The notes below the pieces were generated by a model. That model saw only the letters and a program-made list of their open reading frames with translations. It had not been told where the DNA came from and did not search any database. Both the position numbers and the translations under genes were made by a program. This document shows positions 26,639 through 39,859 of a stretch of 64,000 nucleotides of DNA, one piece after another (positions within the stretch are counted from its first letter, which is position 1; each line of letters opens with the position of its first letter). Origin of the DNA: Marsupella aquatica (Eukaryota; Plantae; Marchantiophyta). The DNA lies in assembly GCA_973895155.1 (NCBI GenBank), contig OZ316894.1, forward strand, positions 17,018,563 to 17,082,562, given 5' to 3'.

Positions 26639-27535
26639 CATTTGTGTAGATACTGAGATACGCTCTTGCTCATTCCTTGTATAGGTTACGACTTAGTTCT
26701 GGTCTACTCTCGTATAAAGAGGGAAAAAATGATTTGGTTTTTCTTTCCAGAACTTCCCGTTGAGCAATCATATTGGTAGCAGTCTTTACCCTCCCCTAGA
26801 CCAATGTCAAGGGGGAGATTGTTAGGATTTACTCTTAGGTCTAGAATTATGACTGTACCGTAGTTAAGGCTAACCTTAGTACTTGGTTAGGTTAGTTATG
26901 CTATGTACACTCTATACCCAAGCGGTGTTTTCTTGGAGAGTGAGAACTCAAGCTCATTGTTACCGAGCTAGTTGAGAGATAGGCAGAGTTTGCGTTGTGG
27001 ATGCTTGGTATAGCCGGTCGGCCTAGAGTGTAGTAAAGTTCTTGTGTGTTTCCATGGACATAGCCTCGTGTGGAGGTGAATCACGTATCTCTCTGTGTTG
27101 ACTCTTGTGCGTTGGATATTTCATGGGCTTACCGTTGCGATTGTCGTCTATGCTCAACAATCTTGGGGGTCTCATTTCTGTGCAATAAAGTATATAGTCA
27201 TTTGATTCATTTTTAGCAAAACTTCTTAGAGGGTATAGGTTTCTAAAAAGCAAAAAAGAAAGACATATTTTATCATATCATTGGCTTTGAGATAATACAT
27301 GATTAGCAAATAAATAAATGCATGTGGTACATACCTATATATTCATTGAGTGAAACCCCCAAGAGATAGTCATCTTTGGCAATTTTAACCATTTAAGAAT
27401 GCAATCTAAAATAAATATTTGATGGAAATTAGCTAAATCTTGGAAAGAGTATGCAATAAAAGAAGGTATTTTAAACTCAAATCCATAAAGTGTTCTTCAA
27501 TATTCCTTGGAATGGGAGAATTTTTAAAAATTTTG

Positions 27536-30500
27536 GTTCCCCCGCGAAAAGCCCCACGGGGAGGGCAAACAGACAGACCTAAAGGCCAGACCAAGCGACA
27601 TAAAATAGAGCCAAACACAATGCACAGACACACAAAACCAGCGCATAGCCCACAACCCACCGCCCACAAAACAGTGGGAAAGGGAAAAGCAATCACCAAC
27701 ACAAGCCCCAACCCAACATAAGAGGGCATCCAACAGACAGAGCATCCGGAAGCCGCGTTCCCCCTCAAGCAAAAGAATTGACAACAATATTGCCACTGGC
27801 TAGCCAACCCCTACGCAGGTCATCCATCCATGCCTTGGCCCGAATCAGGCGGGTGCACTTCCTGCCCGGGGGGCAGCGCCGACTAACAGCAAAAGCGTTC
27901 TCCGCTGCCTCATTCAGAACAAGCCCCAAGTCAAACACCCATCTCCCCCCCACCTGAAACATGTGGGTGTTCCTTCCCATCCAGAGTCGCCACAAAATTT
28001 GTTGCAAGAGAAAGATCCAAGCCACTTGAACAGGCTCCTTCCCGCAGGCCGCCTCTAAAAGAGCCATCAGCCCATGTCCCATTGGCAAGTCCAGAATCCG
28101 CAATGAATCCTGACAGAGGTGCCAGCAACGGACAACATGTGTACAGTGGAAGAACAAGTGGGGGATCGTTTCGAGCCATCCTTTGCAAATCTTGCAATCT
28201 CCATTACTCACCTCCATTCTGAGCGCACGTGCCCCTGTGAAAAGGCCCCCTACAATGATCCTCCAAACAAAGGTCTTGCCTCTAATTGGAAGATCAGACC
28301 CCCAAAGCTTAGCCCAACACACATTCCAGCGCATCTCAGGCCAGGACAACGACCAGATCCTATTGAGGCAGTCATGGGATGCAGTCTGAGGCCTTAAGAA
28401 CTCATACACTCTACAATTCTTGATTCTAAAGTCCTGTAGCGGCTCCGATCTGTCTGTCCAGCTTCACTGCTTGGCATACAAGTAGTATTCCGATCGGCAA
28501 TTGTCTGCACGCCAAAGGCACTCCAAGAACGAACGCGCCATTGTTCAATGCTCATAAGAAAAGCCACGCATGTTGTGCCATCGTAGCGGGAGGTCCTTCC
28601 AATATCCATCCTCCGTCGACCATCCATCACCAATAGACCTCAATCCCAGCCTGCCACAAATTGCAACAATCTCTGTGATGGCCTTATTCGGAAGGGAATT
28701 AAAGCCCACCATACACTGAGGGTATCCATGATGCTCCACCGGGAAGGCGGCCCCGTCTGTCCAAGATCAAAGGATAAGTGGGCTCTCACTAGCTCCCAGC
28801 TTCTCTAGAGACCCGTCGTGTAGGGGAGCCCACTAAATGAATGAGGCGTGGATAAAAGCAGTCGGTCCTGGAAGGAGTATCCATTGCGCCTAATAATCTT
28901 GTAGTTCGTCCATCCCATCAAAGTCAGGTTGGCTGCCAACATCCTAGCCCATTCCGTCTCAGGCGAGTTAAGTGCCTTAGTGAACCATTGAGAGAGCAAT
29001 GCATCAAAGTGACAACGGAAGTCCCGGAAGCCCGGCCCCCCCTCCACACGTGGCAAAGCCATCCGATCCCAGGCCACCAGGGGGACCTCTTGTCCTCTTG
29101 TGGCATTATATCCCCATAAAAATTCCTTGCTCAGAGCAACCAACTTCTTCGCCAGGCCGACAGACGCCTTGCAATACATTACATGGTAGATCGGGATAGC
29201 AAGTAATACCTGTTTGACCAGTAGTGAACGGCCAGTAAAGGAAAGTAACTTGTTGGACCAAACCGAAAGCCTGGCACAGACCTTATCAAGGCAGAATTTG
29301 TGCAGTTGTTCCGTGCTCAAACTCTCACCAAATGGTGCCCCCAGGTATTTCTGCATCTCACCTCTTTGGCTAATAAGGCAGCCCGTGTTGTTCAGCCACT
29401 CTGGGATCCTTTCCATCGCCAATGGGATCACAACGGATTTCTTTAGATGTAGTCGAGCCCCATTGGCCATCTCATAGCATTCTAGAGCAGTGGTTGCTTC
29501 CTCAAAGGCACGCTCTGTGGCCGGGACAAACATCCCAACATCATCCGCAAACAGTCTATAGCAGATAGTGAATCCAGGGGTGATCTGCAAGCCACTAAGT
29601 CTGCCCTCCGCCATCTCTGTTCCAAGAAAGTCCATAAGAGGTTGTGTGGAGATGACAAACAACAATGGTGACAGTGGGCAGCCCTGTCTTACCCCTCGTT
29701 TAAGCTCAAATGTGTTTGATAGTAATCCGTTCACCAAGGCTCTGGAAGATGCCTGTGCCAGCAATGCCCTGACCAACATAGTGAAGCGTCCGCTGATGCC
29801 CAGTAGGTGCATGCATTCCCATAAGTAGTCATGTGAAACATGGTCAAAGGCCTTCTCAAAATCCAGTTTTAGGAACAATGCCTCCCTCCTTTTGTTATGT
29901 ACCCAGTCGTAGGTAAGCCAGGCTAGTGAAATATTTTCAAGAATGTGTCTTCCAGGTATAAATCCAGTCTGTTGCGGGCTAATAATCATGTGAAGAATTG
30001 GTTGAGTCGTATAGCAAGGATCTTGGCAATGAGCTTGTATATAGTATTTAACATTGTCAAAGGGCGCCAGTCCCTTAAAGATCGTTTGTCAGGTTTCTTG
30101 GGTATGAACTTCACAATCCCTTCACAGATTCCAGCGTCCAGAGCCCCTGTAAGCTAGAACTCATATCCACCAGATCTTGCCCGAGAAATTCCCAGCAAGC
30201 TCTGTAGACCTCAATTGTCATGCCATCAGGTCCCGGTGTTTTGTCACAAGGCAGGAGCCACAACACCTCCTTCACCTCCTGGTATGACGGGAGCCTCTCC
30301 ATCCTTAAAATCTCCGCTCCGGAGAGCGCAAACCTCGTGTTGCCAAGCAGTCTGTCACTGGCCACACGAACCTCTTCCAACTTTGCTTCCAATCGCGGCT
30401 CAGGCGAGTATAATGTTTGGCAGAATCCTTCAACCTCCTTCAAGATTCCGCCAGGGTCAGATATTGTACTCCCGTCCTCCCTACTCAGGGAAGGCATGGA

Positions 30501-31562
30501 CTCACGAGATCTTTTAGCCTTCACTGTGGCAAAGAAAAACTTAGTTGATTCATCTCCTTCACTTAACCACTTAATTCTGGCTAGCTGTTGTCCTCTGTGT
30601 GCTTCCTCCAACTCTGAAGCATGTAGTGTCTTCCACGTCCATGAACTTTGCAATGTCTCCCTCTAAATGGTGGTCTATAATGGCCATCTTAAGAACTCGC
30701 AACTGAGCTCGCTGAGCTGCCATCTCCATCTCAGTTGTCCTTGGTTGGGCTTGAATTTCTTTCAGTGTTTGACGCATTTTCCAGCTGCCCTTAGCAAAGC
30801 ACAGCAACGGGTCCAAAAAATCTCCCGTCCCACCCTCCAAGCAGCCTCCAACCGTAGAATGTCCTCCCTTCTCCGCAGAAACGCCGGGTTGGCCATGAAA
30901 AGATGCACTTTGCCTCTCTCCACCGTCTCTATCAGTCCAGAGAGATGCACATTCAACATTACTGGATCATGATCCGATAGGGCTGAGCCCCCGTCATGTA
31001 GGAGTTCCACCTCTCGAAGCCATTCTCCCCTTTCACTAACGTAAATCTTGTCAAGTCAAGACTGTGACAACTCTCCATTACGATTCCTTCTCCACGTGAA
31101 GCACGGGCCAGCAACTCCTCCCCTAATGTCCCACGTGTCTGTCAAATTAAATCTCATCTTCAAAAATCTCCAAAACTTGGTCTCTTTGCCACGGATCAGC
31201 GGCGATGTACCAGTTGAGTCCGTTCTGACTTCCGTCATATTGAAGTCACCACACCACACCCAGTCATTGTGTGGCAGCATCACCTTTAGATCATTCCATA
31301 GCATAGCCCTTAGTCTAGGTGAATTGGGAGCATATATACACGCAATTCCGAAAGTCACCGCTCCGTTCTCGATCACAGCCCATACAGCCCTTCCCATATC
31401 CAGTGTTCTCGAGCCCACCACCCTAAGCTCAGGGTGTACCAGCAGTGCCGTTCCACCCCTTCCCTCATCCGGCTCAGAAGAAAAGTGCTGATATGAAGGG
31501 AGAATAGCCCGTAGAGCCATATCAAGTCTAAATTGATCAACTTTCACTTCTTGAAGGGCCAT
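27536..31562 (-). mobile_element. L1-type LINE, 5'-truncated, with a disrupted ORF2 (AP endonuclease, RT, zf-RVT)
   Basis: ALQEVK, IYAPN, GDFN, SDHDPV (endonuclease); KTPGPDG, KLDFEKAFD, GVRQGCPLSP, LFADD, KYLG (RT); CKIC...ETIPHLFFHC (zinc finger). The ORF is split across frames. The 3' boundary is approximate and no TSD was found. Confidence 0.95.
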
Positions 31563-32475
31563 GTATTCTCTAATATTGACCTTCTATAAAGTAAAATAGA
31601 CAATTAATATTGAAAGTAAAGAAGATTTTTTATGATTTTTATATGAAATATGAATATTTATTTGAGGCTAGGATGGCACATGATACCCCCAAATATATAC
31701 ATAATTAACCCCCCAAGGGACTCAAATCTCATCAAGATAGTGGACAAATTCATCTACTCCCAAATACACAAGCTAGTCCAACTTCAGTCAATCTGATGAT
31801 CCTTGCTTTTTGTTAAATTTGACTAATATTAAAGAAGAGGATTGATTACAATAGGTCTATCAAATGAGCAAGAGGTTGCGCTTAGTCAATGGCAATTGCT
31901 GCAAGAAGTGGAAATTAGTCGCAGTGGCAAAGAGATCACTTGAATCTAGCGTAGGCTTTGATAAACAAACTGCTAAAAGAAAAAGTATAACACAAAGTGT
32001 TCTTGCAATGTGATTGGCACACTTTGACAAGAGGGAATCATCAAGACCATGGGAAGTTTTTTCTACTACTTGTGCTCTCGGAGTGATCCTTTCAACATTG
32101 TCCGACCTTGCCCTTTGATAGTGAAGGGTCAAAAAGTAAGACTGGTTTAAATTCCAATAGCTGAGCTCTCATTTGCAAAAGTGGCAAATTAATGTTTGTA
32201 TTTGACTTCAATTATTTGGGTTGAGCCTGTGGTTAGTGGTTTGCTTGACTCATATGTGATCCCCTTGTACTTGTCAGCAGCAAATGGTTGGGACTCTAAA
32301 TACACCAAAGTCCTTGGCAAGTCCTAGGTTGGAGATACATGGGTCTCTTGAGAGATGGAGCAAGAGCATGCAAGGAATTCCTCCCCTAAGTGAAGCATCA
32401 TTGAAAACATGCAAAAACTTATTCAAACACTTGGGGGATGTACGTCTTTGTATGCCAAGATTGTGAGAAAAAGCT

Positions 32476-34405
32476 GAAGAGATATACTTAGTGGACCTCC
32501 AGATGTAACTTTTTCTCTTAATGGACCAAAAGTTGCACACGCCCTCCCAATGGACCTCTGGGCCCACCAGAGGTGCCATTTTGTGTGAGATGTTCTTCTA
32601 ACACATTGTGCAGTTCTTATAACGCAAGATTGTCACTATAAAACGAGCATGTCCTACTGTTCTTTAGTATTCGACCGCGTCGCCAAATGCGGTCGACTAC
32701 GATCGTAGTTTCGAGTGAATCAATGTATCCCGCAATGTATACATTGACCACAATGCATACAAACATGAACCGTCATTTTTCCGGGGGGCGTTTTTGTAAA
32801 GTTGGAGGGACAAAAATAAAAATCTAAGTGTGAAATCCAAATACAGCCTGCAAAGTGTATACATGACAAATCATATCTAGACTATGTTGTAATACAAAAG
32901 GTTTTGATTATTTGGGCAGGCTTCGGCAAGGGGCATCTTTGTAAAGTTGGAGGGACATCCACATTACTCATGATTATATCAATTGCTTTGTGGAAAGAGC
33001 TAACATCAGCCCCGACATCAGCCTGGCTACAGTCTTGGAGAATTTGTGATGCGGTGCAAGGAATCCAAAATGTCATCCTCCTGCACAGTGACCTCTTGTG
33101 ATACAGACCCCGGGATTACAAATTCACTTTGCACCTTGCGCAATGGCCCATGAACTGTCAACTTAGTCCGACGTCTACTTGCATATGGGTCTGTTGAAGG
33201 TTGGCCAGACTGGGCAGCAACATTTCTCTTTGGAAAAAGTACTTGTGATACTTGACAATCGACTTGTAAAGCATGCAAATTTTGATCCACAGGCAACTGC
33301 ACAGGCAACTGTTGCACATGCTCGGCCTAGTGATAGACAACATTGGTGATAGGAGCAGAGCTCACATGCTCCTCCAACATCTCAAAGAAATTGTCGTCTA
33401 CCAAGCAGCCCCAACCCTTCTTCTCCTAGATTTGAATGTGGAACACCTTAATCAGACAAACAAGGATTGATTTGGATGGGACATATGGCTCACTCTTCCC
33501 CAAAGTTGAAGCACAATAGTCTTCCTTGAGCTGATTCTTCTTTCGCTGTTGGGTCATCTGCCATCTCAGCTTTGCAATAGACCTCAAACGAATCCATGAT
33601 GCACCATCTGTCTTCTTCCCATTGGTGCTGCTCGATTTTCGTGGTGTCTTTGCGGGATGAGAGATGGTGAGTTTTGAACTCAACCAAGGCAGGCACTTGT
33701 TGATCTCCCTGAATAAATCTGCACTCACTCCAAATTGCCCGACAGGTAGTCCTGATTCATTTTGCAATCTCCCTTCACCAGCCCGACAAGCCTTTGATCC
33801 GCCTACGAGCTGCCTGGTCTCCAATAGTCAAATCCCTAAAACAATCCTCCTCTCTCGATCACATTCCTATCGATTGGCTGCCGCCTAAAATCCCGCCTAA
33901 AATCCTAAACCCTTGCCAAAGAGAAGGCGTATACACACAAATGATCGTGCCCCCACCCCTAACGATGAACTAGCAAAGCAGACGCCGCAACCTAGAATCG
34001 CGACGTGTCATTGCATGTGTAGAGTGAATACATTGACCATGTTGTATTCTTCCAATTGTTCTAGATTGCAGCTATTGTAGTTTTGAATTATACAATAGTC
34101 ATATTGTATTCACAAAAACTAGGAAGCCATGGTGCTGCGGCGTTTGATTGCGGCCAGGGCTACGACGCTTGTGGACTGCGATGTTATCGATGGCCTACTA
34201 CACATGACCAACCACGGTGTCCACATGGTACATAGTGGACCTGAATTGTGTGGTAAGGTGTTTCAGAAGAACATGCTTGTACGGAGTGGGCCCAGAGTTC
34301 CATTGGGAGAGAATCCAAATGTTGGGGTCCACTGGGAGGGTGTGTGCAACTTTTGGTCCATTAAGAGAAAAAGTTGCATTTGGAGGTCCACTAAGTATAT
34401 ATCTC
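32476..34405. mobile_element. Non-autonomous Mutator-like (MULE) element, ~1.9 kb
   Basis: Imperfect TIRs of ~140+ bp (ATATACTTAGTGGACCTCCA...ATGGACCAAAAGTTGCACAC and its reverse complement), G-starting ends, and a 9-bp TSD GAAAAAGCT at 32467-32475 and 34406-34414. Confidence 0.88.
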
Positions 34406-35679
34406 GAAAAAGCTGCCATGGATCCTTGATTCTCAGAATTGGCTACATTCCCCTGATGAAGGTGCTAGGGCTAGCTCAAGTTCTTGGTAAGTGTTTTTCC
34501 TAGTGGTTCCATCTGAGTACTCTGGTTGTTTTATTCAGATGAAGCTACACATTGTTTGTCACAATTTGGAGGGATTATGTGGTATGATCTCACGTTTAAG
34601 GTCCACCTTAGAAACATTTTTGTTGAATTGACAACTTTTGTGGTCAAGGACATACTTCTGGTTGGGAAGGATTTAGATGTTATCATATTTAATCTGGTAG
34701 AAGGCTGATTTTTTTCTCTTGCCATGCAACTGATGGTATTATTGTTGGCTAGGATCCAGAAACCCTCATCCTTGGCCCCGCTCTTCACGTCCTCCCTTGC
34801 GGCCAGGATGGAGGATGAGGGTGGGAAGAGGGGAGTAAGGGGAAGGGTGACAGTTGTTAGGGGCCACGGTGCTGGGCGGAGGGGGAGAGCCATGCCATGC
34901 CTTTCCTGGACACCTTAATTGGCTTTCCTATTTTAAAAGTATTGCTCCGACTCCTTTCCCTTGAAGGGAAAAAATCCCAACACTCAATAACCAGCCAAAA
35001 GACAAACATTGCCTCCTACATAATAGAATAAACAACAGGCACCCAAATAATGCCTCCTCACCTCCCCCCAAAATTCTTAAATGGACATAGATAGAACCCT
35101 TCTAAATTAGTGCAAGAACCCCTTGGTTATGTAAGCTTGATGTTTTTCCACTAGTTTGAGTGATGAAGAGTTGCAGATTGAGAATATGTTTGCATATGGA
35201 AATGAGAGTACAAAGATAAAATGGAGGAATGTGAATGAAGTGGGTTATCAAGTAGTTATGACACATTTAATCTCATTGAAGACAAAGAGAATATTATCCA
35301 TGATAACATTCCATACCAAATCTTTCCTTGAACCTTCATGTCCAAGTAAGTAACAAGGAGCGATGCTCCCATGGACTACAATGTTGGTCTTTTGAAAATC
35401 CCCATGGACCCAGATATCCCCAAATTTGAGTTTATTGAATAAATTGATGTCCATAATTTCAAATATTTTTTAGTTTTGAGGTTGTGCTAAAGGAGTAGGT
35501 AAGCTAACTCCCATCAAAGTGACAATGAAATTTTGGTATTTTGGTTGACTTATTCATCATGGAATATGGAGGGGTATGTTCTATTAGATTCATTTTTATT
35601 ATGATAATATGAAATTTTAGGGCTAGTGTTCGAGCTTGTGTTTTTTAAAAGTCTCCTCCTTCTCTAATTGCTTTGCAGG

Positions 35680-36125
35680 TGAAAATTTTAAAATTTATTT
35701 GAGACTCATAATCAAGAAGTTAATAGACCACAACTCATAAATGTGGGCTATTAACTCCTATGGACAAATGAACCAAAATGTCGTCCATGGGAGCACTGTG
35801 TCCAACATGGAGGTCCATCCAGGCTTTGTTTTCCCAAGTAACATTCCATAGAGTCCATGCAAAATGTTCATTTGTCGATAGGAAAGGAAGCGTTTTCTAT
35901 GTTCCATAATTGCCTTGCACATGAAAATTTTAAAATTTATTTGAGACTCATAATCAAGAAGTTAATAGTCCAAAACTCCCATGGACCACCAAACCGTCGT
36001 CCACAGGAGCACTGTGTCCAACATGGAGGTCCATCCAGGCTTCATTTTCCCAAGTAACATTCCATAGAGTCAATGCAAAATGTTCATTTGTCCATAGGAA
36101 GCGAAGTGTTTTCTATGTTCCATTG
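35680..36125. repeat. ~240 bp tandem duplication
   Basis: TGAAAATTTTAAAATTTATTTGAGACTCATAATCAAGAAG...GTTTTCTATGTTCCAT occurs twice, starting at about 35680 and 35921. Confidence 0.9.
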
Positions 36126-37366
36126 GTATTCCTTTATCCATCGAGTTGAAAGGTTTCTTATCTTCCCTTCCTACTTCATTGTCCATAGTAGTTGGAGAGT
36201 TTCTCACATGCTCTTGTTACTCCTCTGTCCACACTAGCCGAAGGATTTCTAAAGTTACCTTGGTAGATGTTAGAGTAGCTGAAAAGTTACTTTTTTCCCA
36301 TGGTTGTCTCAAAAAATTTCCGTTAAACAGAAAAATCAAACAATTTATAACATTGATATATCAATGACAACCCATTTATTTTTTCACCATTTTTACACAT
36401 TTGTTTGTTTATTTGAAATATTGTTTTTTGATTTTTCATTGTTTTAGTGATGAAAAGGATCTATGTGTAGTTCTTTGCCTTGTCTCAAACACAAATTAAC
36501 ATGTTTTGTTTTGCATTACTAATCATTTCTGTTTATGATCAAGAGGGTCCATATGTCTAGACGGTGTCCAGGGATTTGACAAGCGATTCCCATGAGAATC
36601 CCTCAAAAAGGTAAAACTAGTAAAAAGAAATTATTCCTTGTGGTCCTTCGTTCCCTGTCCCAAGTATTTATTACACTACTCATCGAGTGTAGACTATAAT
36701 ATACCATTTTACCAGGTCAGTCCTCCTCCCAACACTTGCATTCCTTGTACACTTATACCTACACTGTTGCCTACGTTCATAGTCCGCCCCAACTTCAATA
36801 ATCCCACTGCCCAAGAAGGTGATAGAATATATCTGAAGGTTGTCAAGATTTCACACAAGAGTGTCCCATTTTCAATCATCCCAGGGCCCAAGAATGTAAC
36901 AGAATAAAGATCCCATTTTCAATCATCTCAAGACCCAAGAAAGTAACAGAATAAAAAATTCCCACCAAAAGTTAGTTTGCAAGTAGAATATGGCTCCCTT
37001 TGGCGGGATAAATGTTATAGTTATTGATTTCAAGTATTTATTTGGGAACAAAGATTAACAGTCACTTAACCATTTCAAGTATATGTCCCAAATACTGATT
37101 TCAAGTATATATTTGGGACAATGGTTAAGTATCCAGTGCCTATGAGCGCTTGTAAACATGCAGTTAGGGACAAGTGCAAAGTGTATACAAAGAACAAAGA
37201 GTAAACACAGTCACTTAACCATTTCAACAGCCAAAAGAAAGAGAAGGAGTACAAGGCTTTCGAGGCTACATAGTTGGACAGTTGGAAGCTTGTGATGGGC
37301 GGTTCCTCACGGATGGTAAGTGGCTGTATGTTACAGGCCTGAACACTAATTGATTATGGCAAGTAG

Positions 37367-37635
37367 TTTTTTTTAAACAAGGGCGACAGTGCACTGGTAT
37401 ATTCTAAACCAGCAACAAAAACCAGTGGGGCATGAAGGGAAACAAAGCCAAAGGACCAACGCACACCAAAACCAACCTCAGAAGAGGTGGAAACCACCCA
37501 AAGGGCTCCCGAATTACCCCAACACACCAGGATGACAGGAGTGAAAAAGGGTCAGCCACCAAAAAAGCATTCAAGGCAAGAGGCCAGAAACAAAGCACCT
37601 CCCAAAAGAGGAGGTGGCAGTCACACAATGAGATC
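37367..37635 (-). mobile_element. Short retroposed insertion (severely truncated LINE 3' end or SINE)
   Basis: T8 tract (poly-A on the minus strand) at the left end, flanked by the direct repeat ATGGCAAGTAG at 37356-37366 and 37636-37646. Confidence 0.75.
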
Positions 37636-37789
37636 ATGGCAAGTAGTAAGAGGATGTATCTCTAGTTTTTCTTGGAGGAAAGAAGAATTTGTAAGAAACT
37701 GAATAAATTGCAGAAACATACACTTATCATGTAATTGCATTAAAGAGGACATTGCAATAACCAAGAAGTGCAAACATATTTTTATTGCA

Positions 37790-39172
37790 TAGTGATATAG
37801 CACGTTCATCTTGGAACATGCTTTATTTTTAATTTTTTAGTGAAATACAGGTGAGCTAAGTTTTTGTGGGAAATATAAAAAGTACATTAACTAGGAAAAC
37901 GTGCACATAAGGTACAAGAGTAAAAGTACCTATGTAAAGAAAAATAACAATGAATAGAAAAAGTTAAAGTCTATGGTATTGGGTTGTGCACATATTGTAC
38001 ACCAGTAGAGATATTTATGTACTTACCTTAGGTAATGACATTCAAATGAATTAAAACCATAAATTTAGGACTCAAAACCATAAGTAGAATTTAAAAACAC
38101 AAGGAGTGCACTTTATTTAGATAATTTCTTCGTCACTCATGAAAATAAGGGCTAAATTAGGAGAGCTTTCTTAAAGGGTGGATGACCTCAAATATAGCAA
38201 AGATTAAAAAATTTAGAGGGGTGCCAGAATAAATTCAAAATCAAAATTATACAAGGGATGCACCTTGGTAAGACACATTGAATTAGAAATACATAAGAAA
38301 ATAGTTTGATTAAGACAAAATACTAGAAGGTGGATTCACCATATAGCACTTTCACTATAGCATAGTGATTACTGTGCATAAGAAGTACTTATCTGTGTAT
38401 TGCATGAATGAGAACATTGGAGTAATCACGAACTGCAAACACACTCTTATGGCATAGTGCCTACCCTCCATTAGTGTAGGATAACCCCCGCTCTAGGACA
38501 ACATGCACTTAGGCATGGTTCACTATATTTGGGCAACCTTCTTTTTACTTTAGTGACAAAATTTTGCCAAATTCACCCTGACAAAAAAAGTCTATTCCAC
38601 AATTGGAGAAAGTTATCCAGGTGTGTAAGTTAAATTATGAAGCTACTATATGGTGAATTCACCTTTTAGATTTTGTCTTATTCAGATTTGTTGTCCAGTA
38701 TTTTGATTTTAATGTGCCCTAACAAGGTAAATCATTTGTATTAACTTTTGGACCCCTTTAAATTTTAGTGAACTTAGAGTATCTTGAATGTATTTAGCTT
38801 GGTCTTCTCATAAACATTTAATCTTTTATTTTGAATCACTCTTTAGTGAATTATATTTTTTTAATGAGAGTGACAAAAATAAATTCAAACAATGTGCACA
38901 TGTGGTGTCCCAAGTTCCTCTTGTGGTTTATTTATAAAATTTATGGTTTTAATTGAATTCATTATCATTACCTAAAAGCAAGTGAAAACTTGTATAAGCA
39001 CAATTATTTAATAACTAGGTACTTTCTTGGTTATAATGTGTTTTTTTTTGCATGTGTACTTATGATTTTGTGTGTTATATCATTCACTCTTAATTGATAG
39101 ATATTAATTTTTTGATATATATTTTACATATATCTATTTTTTAAATCATAAAATCAATTATATATCACTACG
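37790..39172. mobile_element. Old AT-rich foldback/MITE-like element with long degenerate inverted arms
   Basis: Symmetric pairs: TAGGTAATGA..GAATTAAAACCATAAATTT (~38029) with AAATTTATGGTTTTAATT..TCATTACCTA (~38937); GGTGGATTCACCATATAG (~38329) with CTATATGGTGAATTCACC (~38646); TAGTGATATA with TATATCACTA at the ends. Confidence 0.65.
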
Positions 39173-39859
39173 AGCCAAAAAAAGAGGGCATGTTGGGTGC
39201 TATATCCGGGCTTTTTTACTCTGATCCTTCAGTTTCCAACATAGCCAAGACCCCCGCTAGCCTTGATTTACCCATGTTTCCTTAAATCTCGGGAGATCTA
39301 GGTCAGGGTCATAATTAATGTATGAAAATTAGATTTTCTTAGTTTCTCATTGACAAGATAACGTTCGCCATTTGGCGAAAAAGAAGAACATTAAAAATTC
39401 CCGATTATGGCTAATGCACCGTACCCTTTTCTCAATTAAATAGTAGTTACTGAGTACGTATCACCAGAGAAATAATGAATCGGTTTTCGTGCTGGGATGT
39501 TCTCCAATTTTGTTGGCCATTATTATCGTTGCTGTGTCCAGTATCATTTCAACGCATCAGAGGGGAGTTTATCACAGCTAAATACAGAGTAACAATACCA
39601 ACGAATGAGAGAAGTTTGTAGACCCAGACCTAAATACCGTAAATGAGTAAATGAAAGAACTCAAACCCAGAGTCACGTACAGATACTGTAGATTTTTATC
39701 TGTCAAACAATGGCCAATACCATAAATAATTTATTTATTGTAAGTATAATGTCTGCATTCAATCATGAGTGTTTTACATCCAGAACCATTGCAAAAATTT
39801 AGCAAACACTTGACTAAATCACTTGTTTCAGACTGAAACTGAACGGAATTTCAATAATT

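Larger units (their letters stand above)
18280..27159 (+). mobile_element. Degenerate Ty1/copia LTR retrotransposon with nested insertions
   Basis: LTRs TG...CA at 18280-18636 and 26820-27159; 5-bp TSD ATCTT on both sides; tRNA-iMet-type PBS TGGTATTAGAGC after the 5' LTR; PPT AAGGGGGAGAT before the 3' LTR; copia pol remnants inside. Confidence 0.95.

Noticed and set aside
28805-29989. RT as a retron, group II intron or domesticated gene
   Set aside because: It sits in the endonuclease-RT-zinc finger order of a LINE ORF2 and is disrupted by frameshifts.
32900-33343. SWIM zinc finger from Cys-rich translations inside the MULE
   Set aside because: No complete CxC...CxH motif in a single frame.
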